Origin: Eledone cirrhosa
Lineage: Eukaryota
DNA length: 64,000 nt
Direction of reading: 5' to 3'
Assembly (NCBI GenBank): GCA_964016885.1
Contig: OZ024741.1
Location: 320,850,001-320,914,000, forward strand
Below the pieces are notes generated by a model. It made no database searches, was not told the origin of the DNA, and saw only the letters and a program-made list of their open reading frames with translations. Both the position numbers and the translations under genes were made by a program. Shown here piece after piece: positions 24,420-38,292 of the stretch; positions within the stretch are counted from its first letter, which is position 1, and every line of letters starts with the position of its first letter.

Positions 24420-27400
24420 GTATGTATGTATGTTATCTCCTTCTCATAATTTCGAGTATATTTTTTTGACCGGCCACCTTCCTGGTGGCAAGGATGTAAA
24501 AGAAAAGAAATTGTCATCCCTTGAATCGCAAGAATGTCTTGCAAATTTTGAAGGTGCGAGCTATCGCAGCCATTTGTAGACTATGAATTAGGGAGCTGCG
24601 CTCTTTCTCCGCAAATCCAAATTCAGTCATACTTTGGTTCAAGCGGGTTGGTATATAACCCGTAGCTCCAATAATGATGGGTATGAAACTAAAGGTGTAT
24701 CTTGGATACTGGATTTGTAAACTCCTCATCAATGGTCCGTAGATGTCCTCCTTCTCCTGTATTTTTCTGAGAACGTTTACATCAAGTGGGCAGCTGATCT
24801 CCACAACAGAACACGTTTTCAATGTGTGGTCCCAAACAACAATATCAGGCCGGTTGTGCTTTAATTTGGTGGCAGTTTTTATTTTCAGGTTCCACGAGTA
24901 TTCCTTAGTGCCATCTCTCTCAATATATTGTTCCTCGTTTGTTGTTAATTTTGTTTTCCGATGTGCGTTCCAGATGGTTCTAGCTATCACATCGTGTCTC
25001 ATGGGAAGGTAGTAGCGAGATGACATTATTTCGCAGCTGGCAACAATGTGGCTTACATCCTCGATCTTTGTTTTACATAGCCTACATTTATTGTCAGCTG
25101 CTGGCCCTCCCTTTTTGTGCAGCAGATATTTGGTAGGGAGTTCTTGTTCCTGTATTGCATAGAGATATCCCTCAAGGTGTGATGTCATAAACTTGTCGGA
25201 ACTCCATGCCAGGCTTTTTGAGTGGTTTATCCCCTCTTTGGTCTGTGTTTTACGTCTCAAGTATCCATGCACAACTTTTTCTGTAAATTGCTCAATTTTT
25301 TTTCATCTTGTTTGAACATTGAATAGGATCTTCCGATTTCTCTGGGTGAGAGATTTATATCAGGCTTTATTCCATATCTCTCCTCCAGATCAGTGGCTAT
25401 TCTAATGATTTTTTTTTTTCATGCTCATAAACCTGGGCAAGATGGTTGCCAACATTTTTCCTCTGGTGAAGATGTTGCTTAATTGTTACTATCCAGGTCT
25501 CATATGATGTTAATATGGATTTTAGACCCCGGCCACCTTCCTTGCGTGAGAAGTATAGCCTATCCACATCACCATTGATGTTAAAGTTCCCAGTAACACT
25601 GAGAAGTTTGCGAGTTCTAACATCCATCTCACTTAGTTCTTGCAATGACCAGTTCAGCAGGCCAAATGTTGGCGTTAGAATTGGCACAGCATAAGTATTG
25701 TTGTACGCTGACAGTTCTGATGACCATAATTTCTTTACTGTTCTTAGGTATTCAGTTCTTGTTCTCTCCTTATTTATGGGTCCATCATATCTGACATTCT
25801 CATCCTGTCCAAGATATCTGTAGTTTCACCTGACTGTAGAGGTTGTATTGTCAGGCCATTCATCTCTAGATTTCTAGAGGAGGGCACAGCTCTTCCACGT
25901 TTTACTGCCAAATATGCACATTTGGACTCACCAAATTTAATTTTGATGTCTGTTGAAAATTGTGTAATGAGGTCCAATTGTTTCTTGATGTCATTGATAT
26001 TTGGCCCATACAACTTCAGGTCATCAACAAAGAAAAGATGGGAGATACTTCTGGACCCACTTCTTTGTCCACCTTGTTTTCTGAGCAGGTAAGTTAGTAG
26101 ATTTAGTGAGAGAACAAGAATAGCACTGACAAGCTATCACCCTGAAAGATGCCCTTCTGGTAATGTATCTCATCAGTCTTAACCTGCTTCTTCTCACCTC
26201 TTAGGATCAAATTGGTGTACCAGTTCTTGGTAAGACGTTCAACAGCAGCTACCAGTGGTTGTGGGACTTTGGATAACTGTAAAGCCTTAACAATCCACCC
26301 ATGAGGTACACTATCAAATGCTTTTGATAGTCCAGCCACACCACAGTCATGTTTCTGCGATTCTTTGTTGTTTTTTCTTGAATCATTTTATTAGTTAGTA
26401 GGTGATCTATGCAACCCACACCTCCCTCTTTCCACCAGCTTGCTCGGGTGTTATGAAGTTGTTGGCAGCACAGCGATCCTGTAAGAACAGGTTAAGGCAC
26501 CCAGTATATAATTTATACATGATGTTTTGGCAGGCTATTGAGCGGTAATTTTTAGCAAGGGTGGTTTGGCTATTTTGGGGAATGAGGAGAGTAGTGGCAG
26601 TTGATAACAATCTGGGCAGTTATTGTGCGCCTTTAATGGTTTCTGTAAACAGCCGTATGAGATCTTGCCGTTAGAAAGTGAAATTCTTCAACCAGTATCC
26701 TTTTATGAGGTCTGGGCCTGGTGATTTCCTATTTTATATTTTCTGTAGAGTTGTTTCCAGTATTGACCCATCTATGTCATACTGTTTTGTCTGGACATGT
26801 TGACAGTAGTCCTGTTCCAGTTCTTTTAGCCATTTAGTTTGTCTGTTGAATCCGTTATCTGTTTCCCATACAGATCTCCAGTAGCTCTCAACCCGTTCTT
26901 TTGAAGGGGTGACATTTACAGAGATTGAGCTTTTGCCACCGAAGCTGCGATAAACTGATTTAGGATCTCTGGTAAACAATCTATTTAGCACTTGTTGTTT
27001 ATGTGCTGTTGGCTTATATTTTAGTCTTTCTGTTGTAGCTGTGAGTTGCTGTTTCAACTGGTGTAATTTGGAGTTTAAATTTTTAAACTTTGTATCTCCA
27101 AATCGTCTCTCTAACATTTTGGGGTCTTCCTGGTGTCGTGTGAAGTTGCTCTCTATGTTGCATTTCATAACGACTGCGATGTGTGCGATACTTCGTCTCA
27201 GGGACAAAACTTTGCTTTTTAAATTTCGCATCCGCGCTGGTTCAAGCTTTTTGTATGTATCTTGATTGCGTGGTTTTAGATGTCTGTTATATGATAGCAA
27301 TGTGACAGCTGAAACATATAGCAAAATGTTAAGCGTTTCAAATGTCGTTTCTACACCTTTAGATCGTATAGCCTTCAGATAATTGTCAGCTATTTCGTTC

Positions 27401-28020
27401 AACGCTTCCAATTCCAATTTAGTGGGTTCTTTACTGATTCTGGTGTTGTATGGTCTGTCACTCACATTATGGCTGTGTATCTACTGAAGCATATCATCCC
27501 ATATCACTTGTAAGGTGTCCACAAGTTTTTGGTGTTCTGTTTGTACAGTACAGTCATGAATTTCAGACTCGTTGTTGATGTGGTGACAATTACTACTAGA
27601 GTTAGCTGACCATTCTCGCTGTTCTTCGGTGGAAGTGGGATGGATTTCAGCAAAATTGTTGGTGAGCTGTTCACTGTTAGATTTAGCTGGCCATTCTCTT
27701 TGTCTGTCAGTGGAGGTGGGGTGGTTGTCTACAAGGGCTGTATTTGTAGTATCACTCAATTCCGTTAGATGTATCAATTTACATCCAATGATTCGTTTTG
27801 CCTGTTTATTTAAATGATTTGGAGGAAAGTCTAATTCTGGGTGTTTGGAGTTCCATAAAGTGTTTAGCCTTTGCATAAAACCGAACTTTTGGGGTTTAGA
27901 TTGTTTGTATGCTTCATATAATTCTTTGTTAAGCTCGTAGCTCCACTGTATACAACGGTTGTAGTTGCGATTTGGTCGAAGGAGACTTATACGTTTTGCC
28001 ATGATGAGTTCGTCTATTCA
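24420..28020 (-). mobile_element. R4/Dong-type non-LTR retrotransposon (single ORF, RT plus CCHC plus restriction-like endonuclease), pseudogenised
   Basis: KAFDSVPH, GIFQGDSLS, LFFVDDL (about 26020), GGRGL, CRLC..HIVASC, RHD, RPDIVV..VEISCP..EK motifs over ORFs 24514-28002; multiple frameshifts; short (TACA) tail near 24420. Confidence 0.88.
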
Positions 28021-28689
28021 CTAATATTTTGTATTTATTTTTCAAAATAGTCGATGATCTTCTTTAAAGGTTTCGTCAAAGTTCTGTCAGAATCAAATTT
28101 AAAGTTATTCACAGCTTGGGTAATATTTCTTTTCAGTTAGTTTTTAATTCTACAACTGTGTTTTAAACGTTGTTTTTGAATCGTTTGAATCGAGAACAAA
28201 AAAAATAAAAACCGTTACTTAGTATATTTCTTTATGAATGCAATATAATATAACGACGCTGTATTTATATGTTAAAGTTTATGTATCATTCATATAAATA
28301 GGTGTTCTACAACATATTCACAACATATTCACAGTTCAAACACTTATGTTTTTTGTTTCTGAATCGAAAACGTTACTTGCATATTTCTTTAAAAATGTAA
28401 TATAACAACGTTGCTTTTATATGTGAAAGTGTATGTATCGTTCATATATCATAAGTGTATGTATCGTTCATATAAATAGGTGTTTTACAACACACCTACA
28501 GTTCAAACACTTATGTAGAATTATTATATGTAATCTTACCGCGTAATGTAGCTCAACTTTTTCCAATATATGGTATGTTGCCTTCATGTAAGCCGTAATT
28601 ACACGCGTCCGATTATCAGACAATGACCACAACGGTCGCCATTGTATGCATGTATATATGTATGTATGTATGTGTGTATGTATGTATGT

Positions 28690-28994
28690 ACTTTTTATCC
28701 TGGGAGTGAAAGGCCCCCAGTTGTTGTCACAACACCTTTCTAAGAGAGGGAGAATCTTTAAAAGAAGCATCCGATGATGTTGACTAGTTCTCCTTTTCGG
28801 GTAGAGTTTTCGATGCTCAGAGAGTGGGATTGGTCGAATGCAAGGTCTTTCCCCACTTAAAAAACCTTCAAAGCACAGGCATTACTTGTTCAGTATCTGT
28901 TACAGGTTCGCGTGGCTGGCCGTAGCCTAAAAGTATACCATTTTCTGTAATCTGACAAGTGATTGCAATACTCTTAGCAGAGTTTGCAGCGATC

Positions 28995-29027
<33 letters not shown>

Positions 29028-29065
29028 TGTATGTATGTATGTATGTATGTATGTATGTATGTATG

Positions 29066-29098
<33 letters not shown>

Positions 29099-29560
29099 CA
29101 AAGGGCAAAGGAGCTCTTAAGAGTCAATGGCCATCCAAAATCACCGGGAGAGATGACCCCTTAGCCTTTGTCAAGGCAGAATTCTAGGAGAAGGAAAACT
29201 CTGATATAGCACCTGCAACCCTGATGGTATCCAATGATGTTGACTTGTTCTTCTTTTTGGTAAATATCATCTTGGTTAAGAGAGTGGGACTGGCTTTGTG
29301 CAGTGCCTTTCCTCACTATAAAAGCTTCACGGCACAGGCATTTCTTTATATCTGGGGATCTCTCTGCACTTGTCGTCACATGGTACCATGGGCCCAGCAC
29401 TATGTGTCAATAATTGTCACAAGTGTAGTGTTTGTACCAGAGTTTTCAAGTCGCTGGCTGGACTAAAAAGTCGCACTCGTTGAGCGCATCGGTAGGGGTT
29501 GGTTCGCCTACATGGATATAAAGTAGTGGCCGTACTCGAAAACGAGTTGGCAGCCACCAT
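28690..29560 (+). mobile_element. Two copies of the RTE-related non-autonomous family flanked by (TGTA)n
   Basis: Reverse-complement homology to 19110-19790 and 31495-32025; includes ctaggagaaggaaaactctgat and a 3' end ggccgtactcg..gcagccaccat-(gtat)n. Confidence 0.7.
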
Positions 29561-30424
29561 GTATGTATGTATGTATGTATGAATATGTCGATGAGCTTCA
29601 ACACTCTGAGACGGAATCCTAAACCATATTGGCTTGCTTGCTTCTGTATGAGTTCTTCCGCAAATTAGCCGACATTATTCTTTGCTCTTTGGAAATAATG
29701 ATATTAAGGAGATAAAAATATACAGAGAAGAGCCGCATATACACATTTTCATACGTGTTTATGTTAGTTCGCTGAGTGCGTGTGTTGCTGTCAGGCACTT
29801 ATCGTGTGAGGTGCACTGATACTTAATCTTCGCATTTTCACTTCGCCCGAAACTTCCAAGAAGGATCCTGATTTGCCATGATATTTGGAGGTGAGACGCG
29901 AGTGTGTGGGCACGTCCAAGAAGCCAAAGCTCAATTACCACATTCGAATCATCCAACGCTACCAAGGCCCCAGAAAACACGCCAGGTGCGGAGTTGATGG
30001 TACTCTTCCACTTCCACTACCGAGGCACTGTGCAACATGAACGCGTAGTAGGATAAACGTTTAACAACGGAAGAACAGCAGAACCAATAACATCATTTAA
30101 CATCAACGAGTCACTAACAGTAGCAACAGCCTCAACAGCAACACTAACAGCACATTAACAACAGCAGCAGTAGATGTATTCAATTACATTTGCCAGAAAT
30201 CAATTTCATTGAAAATTTCATGACGTTTCTTACATATAAATAGTGTGCTAAAATTAACTTGTTTCATTATTGATGATAAGTAATTCTGGGGCAGTGGGGC
30301 GTATATATTACTACCAGCTGCTCAGCATAACATTCCAGATAACCAAGCAAACATATATACACATATAAATACATGCTTACACACATACATTCTTACATAC
30401 ATATTACATATATACATACGTTCA

Positions 30425-31425
30425 TACATGATGGCTGCAGACTTGTGTTCGAGCATTGCCATCGCCCGATAAAATACTCAAATCTGTGAGGCACGAATGT
30501 AACTCTTTAAACCAGCCAAAGACTTGCACCCTCTGGCACATAAATGGCAACTGTAGGCTCTTCTGGGACTTTCCATTGCTTTGTTCTGACTGTGTGTTCT
30601 CATGTGTCTTTTAGAACATCCCATGCTAGCCCATTTCTTACACCTTTTCAGATCATAATCTACATGAGGTCTACTGATATGATTTTGTTCGTGTCTAGTC
30701 ATACCAGCTTTGCTCAGGCAGACTCGACCACAGTGCTGACAAACCAGATGATGTTCAACAGCAGGCAGTTCAGAGCAGTTTCTTTTCCTTACCTACCTTT
30801 TCAGTGTTAGATGTTCTCTTCGACGAGTTTCAAAGTGTTCACCACCTGATTTGATCAAACGTCTCCACTTCACACGCTCCTCAGCCATTTTCTCCCATTC
30901 GTCAGACGAAACTCCAGCACAAGCCAAGGTACCCCTGACACAGTCCCGGTACCACATATTTGGTTTGTGTGGTGGTCACCTTCCTTCACACAGTTCTCTG
31001 TACAGAAGTTGCTTTGGAATACGATCATCAGACATCCGGATAACGTGTCCGCACCACCTCAACCGATGCCGAAAGATTATGTTCTCTATAGTCAGGCACC
31101 TGCTCCGTTCGAGAACTTCCAAGTAACTTATGAAGAGATTGTTGGTGAAATCTCTCCAGTTCATTGAGGTGTTCTCTGTATGTGACCCACGTTTCACAAG
31201 TATAAAGCCAAGAGAAGACCACACAAGTCAGATACACTTTCACCTTGGTTTCGATAGTGATACCTCGTCTGGACCATAAACGTTGATGCAGCCGTCCAAA
31301 AGCATCCCTGACTTTCTCGATTCTTAAGGATATTTCATCAAGTGTGCATGAATTGTTTAACGTACTACCAAGGTAAACACACTTGTCAGCAACTTTTAGC
31401 CTCTTTCCGTACACGTACACACTTG
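30425..31425 (-). mobile_element. 5'-truncated RTE-clade LINE (BovB-like 3' region)
   Basis: KCVYLGSTL, TKVKVY, YTCETW, RLRWCGHVIRMSDDRIPKQLLY and terminal CHLCARGCKSLAGLKSY zinc finger; (TACA)n flanks. Confidence 0.88.
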
Positions 31426-31494
31426 GTGTTCATACATACATACATACAAACATACATACATATATTTACATACATATACACATACATACAAACA

Positions 31495-32025
31495 TGATGA
31501 TGGCTTCCCCCTCGTTATCGAGTATGGCCATTGCACGATATACCATTATTAATAATTATTAATTAATTCTATCGTGCAATGCCTGTGCGTAAAGATATTT
31601 TTTAAAGTGAGGAAAGGTGGTGCACTGAGCCAATCCCACTCTCTAAGCGACAGTAGCTATAATCAGAAAAGAAGAAAATATCAACATCATCGGTAACTGC
31701 AGGTTTTATATCGGAGTTATCCCAGTTCCCTGAGTTGCCTTCTCCTAGAAGAATGCCCTGACAAAGGCTAGGGGTCCTTCACTCCCAGTAGTTTAACCGC
31801 GCGGTACATGTATATATACATATTTACACACTTTCGGATGGCCGTTGACTCTTATGAGTTCTTCCGCCCTTTGTCAGGTTTTGATTTTTGTCCTGCAGGG
31901 TGTCCAAAATCACCCTCTTCACCAAGTAAACTTGTTGTGGTTGCCGGTTTAGTCGCCGACGACCCGACCATGCAACAGGTTGTACTGGATTACATGTTAC
32001 CAGAAGCACTCAAGAGTGACCCGAC
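31495..32025 (-). mobile_element. Most complete copy (~530 bp) of an RTE-related non-autonomous element
   Basis: Non-coding; RTE-5'UTR-like motif (ctaggagaaggcaactc..gatataaaacctgc) and a 3' end resembling the RTE at 30425; its 5' part also occurs at about 7226-7325 (+); (TACA)n on both sides. Confidence 0.7.
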
Positions 32026-32086
32026 ATACATACATACATACATACATACATACATACATACATACATACATACATACATACATACA

Positions 32087-32120
<34 letters not shown>

Positions 32121-32129
32121 CATAGTTAA

Positions 32130-32762
32130 AGCCAAATCGTGTCCAAGTATGGCCACTTCTTAGAAAGAAGAAAAGAAACATTGGCAAAAACGTGTGATAT
32201 ATCTTGCTGTCGGTGATGTCTCATGAAATCAGGATGTAATTTACATGTCATACCACACAGTGTGCAGGTAAGTTTCCCATGTGCATGAGTTTCATTGTCC
32301 TGGCATGTTTGCGGTGCCATGTTAGTCCACTTGCAGAGTGACTCTTTGGTACAAAGGCCACACGTAACATTAAGGTGTATGGAATACTCAAAGTTATTAT
32401 TTCCATGAGTATGGCGTCTACTATGATTTAGTGGCTAGAGCCTTCGACATACATTCATGCCCGTTTCTCTCACAGGCAGAAGTATTTTTCGAATACTTTT
32501 CTGGGAGTGGATTAACAACACTGCATTTTTATCTGCTCGCTTCACTTCATCATAGGCCCTTCGCTTAAAATTTTTTAATACCGATAGCAATCATATTTCG
32601 CCACTCTGTCTGTTGCAAGATTTTCCTATGTTTCAGTTTTGATGTTGACTTCTTCGGGGTTTCCTTCAGGCAGTCTTTATACTGCCTGTGTGGCTTGCAC
32701 TGCAGGCGTTTGCCTTGCAACAGCTCTCTATGCAATAATTCTTTTGTGAATCTGGCGTCCAC
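32130..32762 (-). mobile_element. Decayed RTE 3' fragment
   Basis: DARFTKELLHRELLQGKR..YKDCLK and C2H2-like CTLCGMTCKLHPDFMRHH. Confidence 0.65.
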
Positions 32763-33483
32763 ATACATACACACACACACATGCATAGATACAACATACA
32801 TACATATATCCCGGTATTTTATGAAAGTAACATTGTATTCTGACACATATTACAAAATATTTGACCAATAAAATAAGATTACTGAATTTTCACTAAAGTA
32901 GGAATTATAACAGAATTTTCATTGTCGCTTGTTCAATGCAAAGCATCTAGATAAAAATATTGTTAGTTTTGTCATGTAGTGTACTTTTACAGTCAGCATA
33001 TGTAATGCTTCGTTCATAGATGGATCATTAGATATTTTGTCAGTGAAAAGGACAGGACCCAAAAATGAAGTTAGAATATTTTATTTATCTTCATTTATTT
33101 TCTTTTTTCGTTGCAAAATCAGAACCTCCGAAGTTCAAATCAAAACACCCGAAGGCGAATTTGAAAACCATAAATTTAATAAAATAGAAAATAAAGTTAC
33201 CATTGGCTCATGAATGAACTATTATGAAGCATTTACTGTAATTCAGGAAAGTGTATTTTATTTTTTACAGTGTAGCTTACACCCACCTATGCCTCTAAGG
33301 CAGTAGGATCGTGTTTGAGGAAGATTTATTTTCTATTTCTATCAGGTATACCAACAATTATAGAGACTCCCACAACATGCATGCATACATACATGAGACA
33401 GTAGAGTATGATTTGAAAGAAATTTGGTCGTATTTCTAACAGGTCTAGCTACGACACAAAATTATCACTTATACTACTTTATA

Positions 33484-35980
33484 TAGTAACGCTACCCGGG
33501 GACGCTTGCACATTCTCCCAAAGTAATCTATTCAGTAAAGTTGGGACTTCAGAATTCCTTACAAACTATATGACTAAGGAATTAGGATCTATGTGTATTG
33601 TCATGGAAGTAAGAATACTTTATTGTATTGTTCATTTACTTGTTCATTCCAAAGCCTCTGGATAAACATTATCGGTTTTAGCCTGTGATGCTACAATGAA
33701 GAGATAATCAGAGTTTCCCAACTCTTGTAGTACCAACATAGAGCTGAATATGTGACAAAACAGAATCTGCTAGGTTGAACCCAATGATATTCAATAATTG
33801 CCCTTGCACTTGAGATTTATTGGTGGTCATGGCAAAACTGTGTCTGATTGGAAATTGAAGCCTTTGAAATTCAAATGCCAAAGCAGTTGACTTTAAAGAA
33901 ATGAAACAATTGTCACCAGCAAATTGTCCTGGTATGATTGCGACCTCTAGGACACGGAGCATCATACTTTTAATGATGAACCTTGTGTCATTGCAATGGT
34001 TTGGAGGATCCAGAATACGAAGTAACAACCTGATACCACAAGTTCTAGTATCAGGTTGTGGAGGAATTTCTGCTAGTTCAAGGCTGTTCAAAGAATTCAG
34101 TTTGATAGTTTACAATCTGGTCCTGGGAAATGACTGTCAACTTATTGTAGCATTCTCCTCTCTTCTCGTAAGATGACCAGTAGCTTTCTGTTGATTTATT
34201 TCAAAGTAACATTTTACAGTGCTAAAAGTGTTCGTTCACGGTGTCTTTTGGGATCACATCGTCTGATCTGAATGTTTAGACAGACTCTGGCAATCAGTTC
34301 TTTTTCTGTTTCAATGACAACTGAATCTGGTCATTGGAGTCTTTTACAAGAAGTCCATTTCCCAAGTTGAGTGGCTGGATGGCAAACTCACCGACACCCT
34401 CATCACCAGTCAAGTGTACTCGCATATTGATTGTAAGACTCAGGCGCTGAAGGTGGGGAGAGAGATAGAATGTTTTCGGACACGCATTGACCTGATCGGC
34501 TCGGGTCTCTCGGGGCAGAGTTTTCTTCTGAAATCACCATTGTCACTTCTCCTGTTATCAATTATTGTCTCTCGGATCCCTAATTCTCTGATCCAAGGCT
34601 TCAACTGCTTGATTATGGCTCGTGGTGTCTTCATCCCAAATTATTATCTTGCATGTTTGAAAAAGCTTGCCCTTGGGTGGGTTCTTCTTGATGTTACAAA
34701 AAGTTTGTCCATGCCCTGTGAGGTCTATGGGTAACTTAAACATGGAGTGTCCTGTTCTTCCTCCATGTACAACTTGATGGTAGTATGACTAGCTGGGCAG
34801 TATTTCTTGGATCACCATTGAATAGATCGTATCTCTAAGGTGGATGTAGTTATCTTCCCTCAACTTATTTTGACTCCCTCGCATGAAACCTAATCTTTCT
34901 GTTTCCATTTTGGCATAAATGTCCACCAGAACTTGGTTGAAGAGATACCTTGCCATCAAATGATAGGCCTAAAATTCTTTGCTATTGATTGATCAGCCAG
35001 TTTCTTGTCCTGTTCTTGGGTTGATCTGCTGTAGCTGAAAATGATATCCATCTTGACCATTTCAGAAGATGAGTGGGTATTGGAGTGAGTCATAGGCCCT
35101 ATGAGTTTGACATATTCACTCTAAATCTACACTTCGATTTGGCAAAACAATGTCACGTCGTTCGTGTTGTTTATCAACCATTGTAAGTGTAAGTTCATTA
35201 GTGGTTGGTGCATTGAACCTGCGTTCATATTCTGAAGCTGGGTGTTTGTCTGCTCTGATAATGATTTTGCGATCCTAGTGTTTTTCATATGCTCCAATGT
35301 GATGTTGGTGAAGCATTTCTTCCACAATGCTGGTAGCATTTGTTCATTTTTCCAAGGTTGATTTGTGGATTGCTGGTGTAGTCCTAGTAGGGATGGGGGG
35401 GGGGGGGGGGTAAAAAGAAAGATTATTATCTATCAGCCAATTCATGTTACTTGTGGCTCCTGCTCGGACAGTAGAACGATGTGCTTCATCAATATTTCGT
35501 CTAATTTGCCTCTGTTCCTTAATGTGTCGTTCATGTATAGCAGGAGTCTTGTGTCTTTTTCATCCAAAGGTGTTTGTATCCTGTTAGCAGCTTGACGTGC
35601 CTGTTGAGCTTTTTTTCAGATCTCTATGCTTTCTTTCTCTTGGTTTCCTTAGATGACCTTCCATATAATGATCTGAAATGTTTGAAGTGATATTGCACAT
35701 CACATTCCTTCCGAAATAGAAACAATTATAAAATATATTGAAAGTTCACTCAATAATGTTGAAAGGAACTGTTTATCTGAATTTGTATGAAGGGTTAGTT
35801 AGTTTTAGGCATATGTAGAAAATGTTGGGATTTCAGAATTATTGGGTTGTCAGATAAATTCGTTCGGTTTTTTTTTCAAAAACCCTACAATAAAAATACA
35901 ATAAACACTACAATAAAAATATTTTTGTGTTAATTGAAATAACATTGGAAAAAAATAACGAACAAATTTATCTGACAGCA
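33484..35980 (-). mobile_element. Decayed Helitron (Pif1-like helicase and Rep fragments)
   Basis: FQRLQFPIRHSFAMTTNKSQ..QLYVGTTRV (33708-34091) and CKIIIWDE..VEALD (34558-34743); termini uncertain. Confidence 0.8.
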
Positions 35981-36378
35981 TTATATATATATATATATAT
36001 TCTTGATTTTGCCAGTGATAAATGAAGAGATGATCAGTGTTTCTAACACTTGTAGACCAAGCATACAGCTAACTGTAATGAAATATACATCGTCTGCTTT
36101 ATTTAACTTGAGAGAGGGACAGTTAAAGAACGCAGACGCACACACACACACATGCACACACTCAAACACACACACACACATTTATATATATATATATATA
36201 TATAACGAAGGAAATGTGGTAAGGAACCAGGTGAACCATAACGCACCAAAGTACTCAATACTTAGAGTAGTAGAGTGGGTAATAGGAACGAGTAGGACCC
36301 CGACAGCTGAGCTCAAGCCGTTTCAACGGCTAATTAGCCGTCGAAACGGCTTGAGCTCAGCCGTCGGGGTCCTACTCG

Positions 36379-36459
<81 letters not shown>

Positions 36460-36789
36460 CATACATATATATATATATAATGACGAAGGAAGTGTAGTAA
36501 AGAACCAAGTGGACCATAACGCACCAGAGTACTCAATACTTAGGTTAGTAGAGTGGGTAATAGTAAAATGTTCAAGACCCCGATGGCAGAGCTAAAGCCG
36601 CTTCGACGGCTATTTCTGGACAAAATTAGAATGTTAAGCGTGGTAATAAATAGCCGAACTTTTCAAAGGGTAATTCCTTATATGGGAAGATTGTAGTTGT
36701 CAAAAGGATTGGTCAAAATTTCTTGTAAACACAAGAAACATCACCAATAACCTGCTTAAAACATCTCCCTCCTGATATCTCGTTTATCC

Positions 36790-37555
36790 TCTAATGAGCA
36801 GATATTCGAGGAACATGCGCCGTATTACAACCAGGCCCTCAAGCGAAGCGGCTTTCGGGAGGAAATCTCCTTTTATCCAGCATCCTTTAGCGGAACCAGC
36901 AGGCGACGCCGCCGCTCACGCCATGTAACGTGGTTCAACCCTCCCCACAATGTCGAGGTTGCAACACCAATCGGGAAAATCTTCTTTAGGCTCTTCGAAA
37001 AACACTTCCCACCACAACATAATCAACAAAAACACTATCAAACTCTCTTATAGCACCACATCCAACTTCGCACAAATCATCGCCTCCTTAAACCAGAAGA
37101 AACTCAACTCCTACGGAAGAAACAACCTAGACATTAGTGGAGAGCCGAACAGGAGGTGTAACTTCCCTGATAGATCTACGTGCCCCCTCAACAACAGATG
37201 CCGAGAACGTAACGTGATTTACCAATGCAACGTCAGGACGGAAAACTCCAACAAAGCCTATATAGGATTAACCGCTTGTGACTTTAAGACCCGGCCCTAC
37301 CAACACCGACATACTTTCAGAAACCCGGCCCGGCGCCATGCCACTACACTTTCGCTCCAAGATAATAACATAACATACAATCTTAGAGCTTACTGTCCAG
37401 GGCTAATTCCTACACGGGAGGATGCCGTCCGTGTAACTTATGCTCGGAGGAAACAATACAAATGTTGTACTTGAAGGACCAACTCCTAAACAAAAAAGAC
37501 GAACTTTTAACTGCATGTAAACACCGATTGCGTAGGACTTACCTCAAACCCCATC
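36790..37555 (+). pseudogene. PLE linker plus GIY-YIG endonuclease (frameshifted, RT absent)
   Basis: ORF 36950-37474 and adjacent frames; VIY..YIG motif and Cys/His zinc ligands. Confidence 0.88.
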
Positions 37556-38197
37556 ATGACCCGGGTGGGTAGAAAAAGGCTGCAACATCCTTCTTTTCCT
37601 CACTTGCCCACTTGCCGAACAAGATAGGGGAAACCCCAGCATACATAGGTAGATGTACTTCTTTTCTTTTATCCCTGTATCTCTTCTCACTTCCTTCCAC
37701 TCCCTCTCCTCTTTTTTTTCCTTTTTTCTCTTTCGCTTACCCTGAGGCGGCCCATCGGGTTTTTGTAGCCTCAGTACCACCACCCCAGTAAATTCTATAT
37801 ACCATTGACCGAAAACGCAATACCAGCTAAAAATATAGCAGCTGCTTTAGACTCTAGTTTTGTTTTTATTTTTTATTTTTTTTATATTATTATTATTTTT
37901 ATTTATTTTTTAATCTCAATTTATTAACCTTTTAATTTTATAACTTCCTACTTTTAGATTCCTCAAGAATTCTTTATTCGCCTGCTTACTAACTAGCCTA
38001 ATTTCATACACACTCCTTAGAATTTGCTGTATAGAATTCACTTTCAACGCTTGACCGGCTCCACCCACTCCCTCTTTGTTCTATAGGCATGTTCAGCCAC
38101 CGCCACCTCTCACCCACTGCCATGAAATATTTAATTGTGTTTACAAGAAAGTTTGACCAATCCTTTTGACAACTACAATCTTCTCATATAAGGAATT

Positions 38198-38292
38198 ACC
38201 CCTTGAAAAGTTCGGCTATTTATTACTGCGATAAAAATTCTAATTTAGTCCAGAAATAGCCGTCGAAAGGGCTTGAGCTCTGCCGTCGGGAT
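38198..38292 (+). ncRNA. Type I hammerhead with U3-A8 variant core (UUGAAAA) and long stem II, in PLE terminal repeat
   Basis: acccc TTGAAAA g ttcggctattt...aaatagccgt c GAAA (c/g)ggc ttgagctct gccg TC ggg(g/a)t; inverted copy at 36576-36672 also has TTGAAAA; solo fragments give an intact stem III consensus. Confidence 0.8.

Noticed and set aside
29750-30060. Host exon in a GC-richer unique stretch (also 42950-43370 and 57690-57810)
   Set aside because: No recognisable protein similarity or convincing splice-bounded ORF; RNA-seq would be needed.
31830-32025. HDV-like ribozyme at the 5' end of the RTE-derived element
   Set aside because: Candidate P1 (GGGTCAC/GTGATTT) needs three G-U pairs, and no P3/L3/P1.1 could be built.
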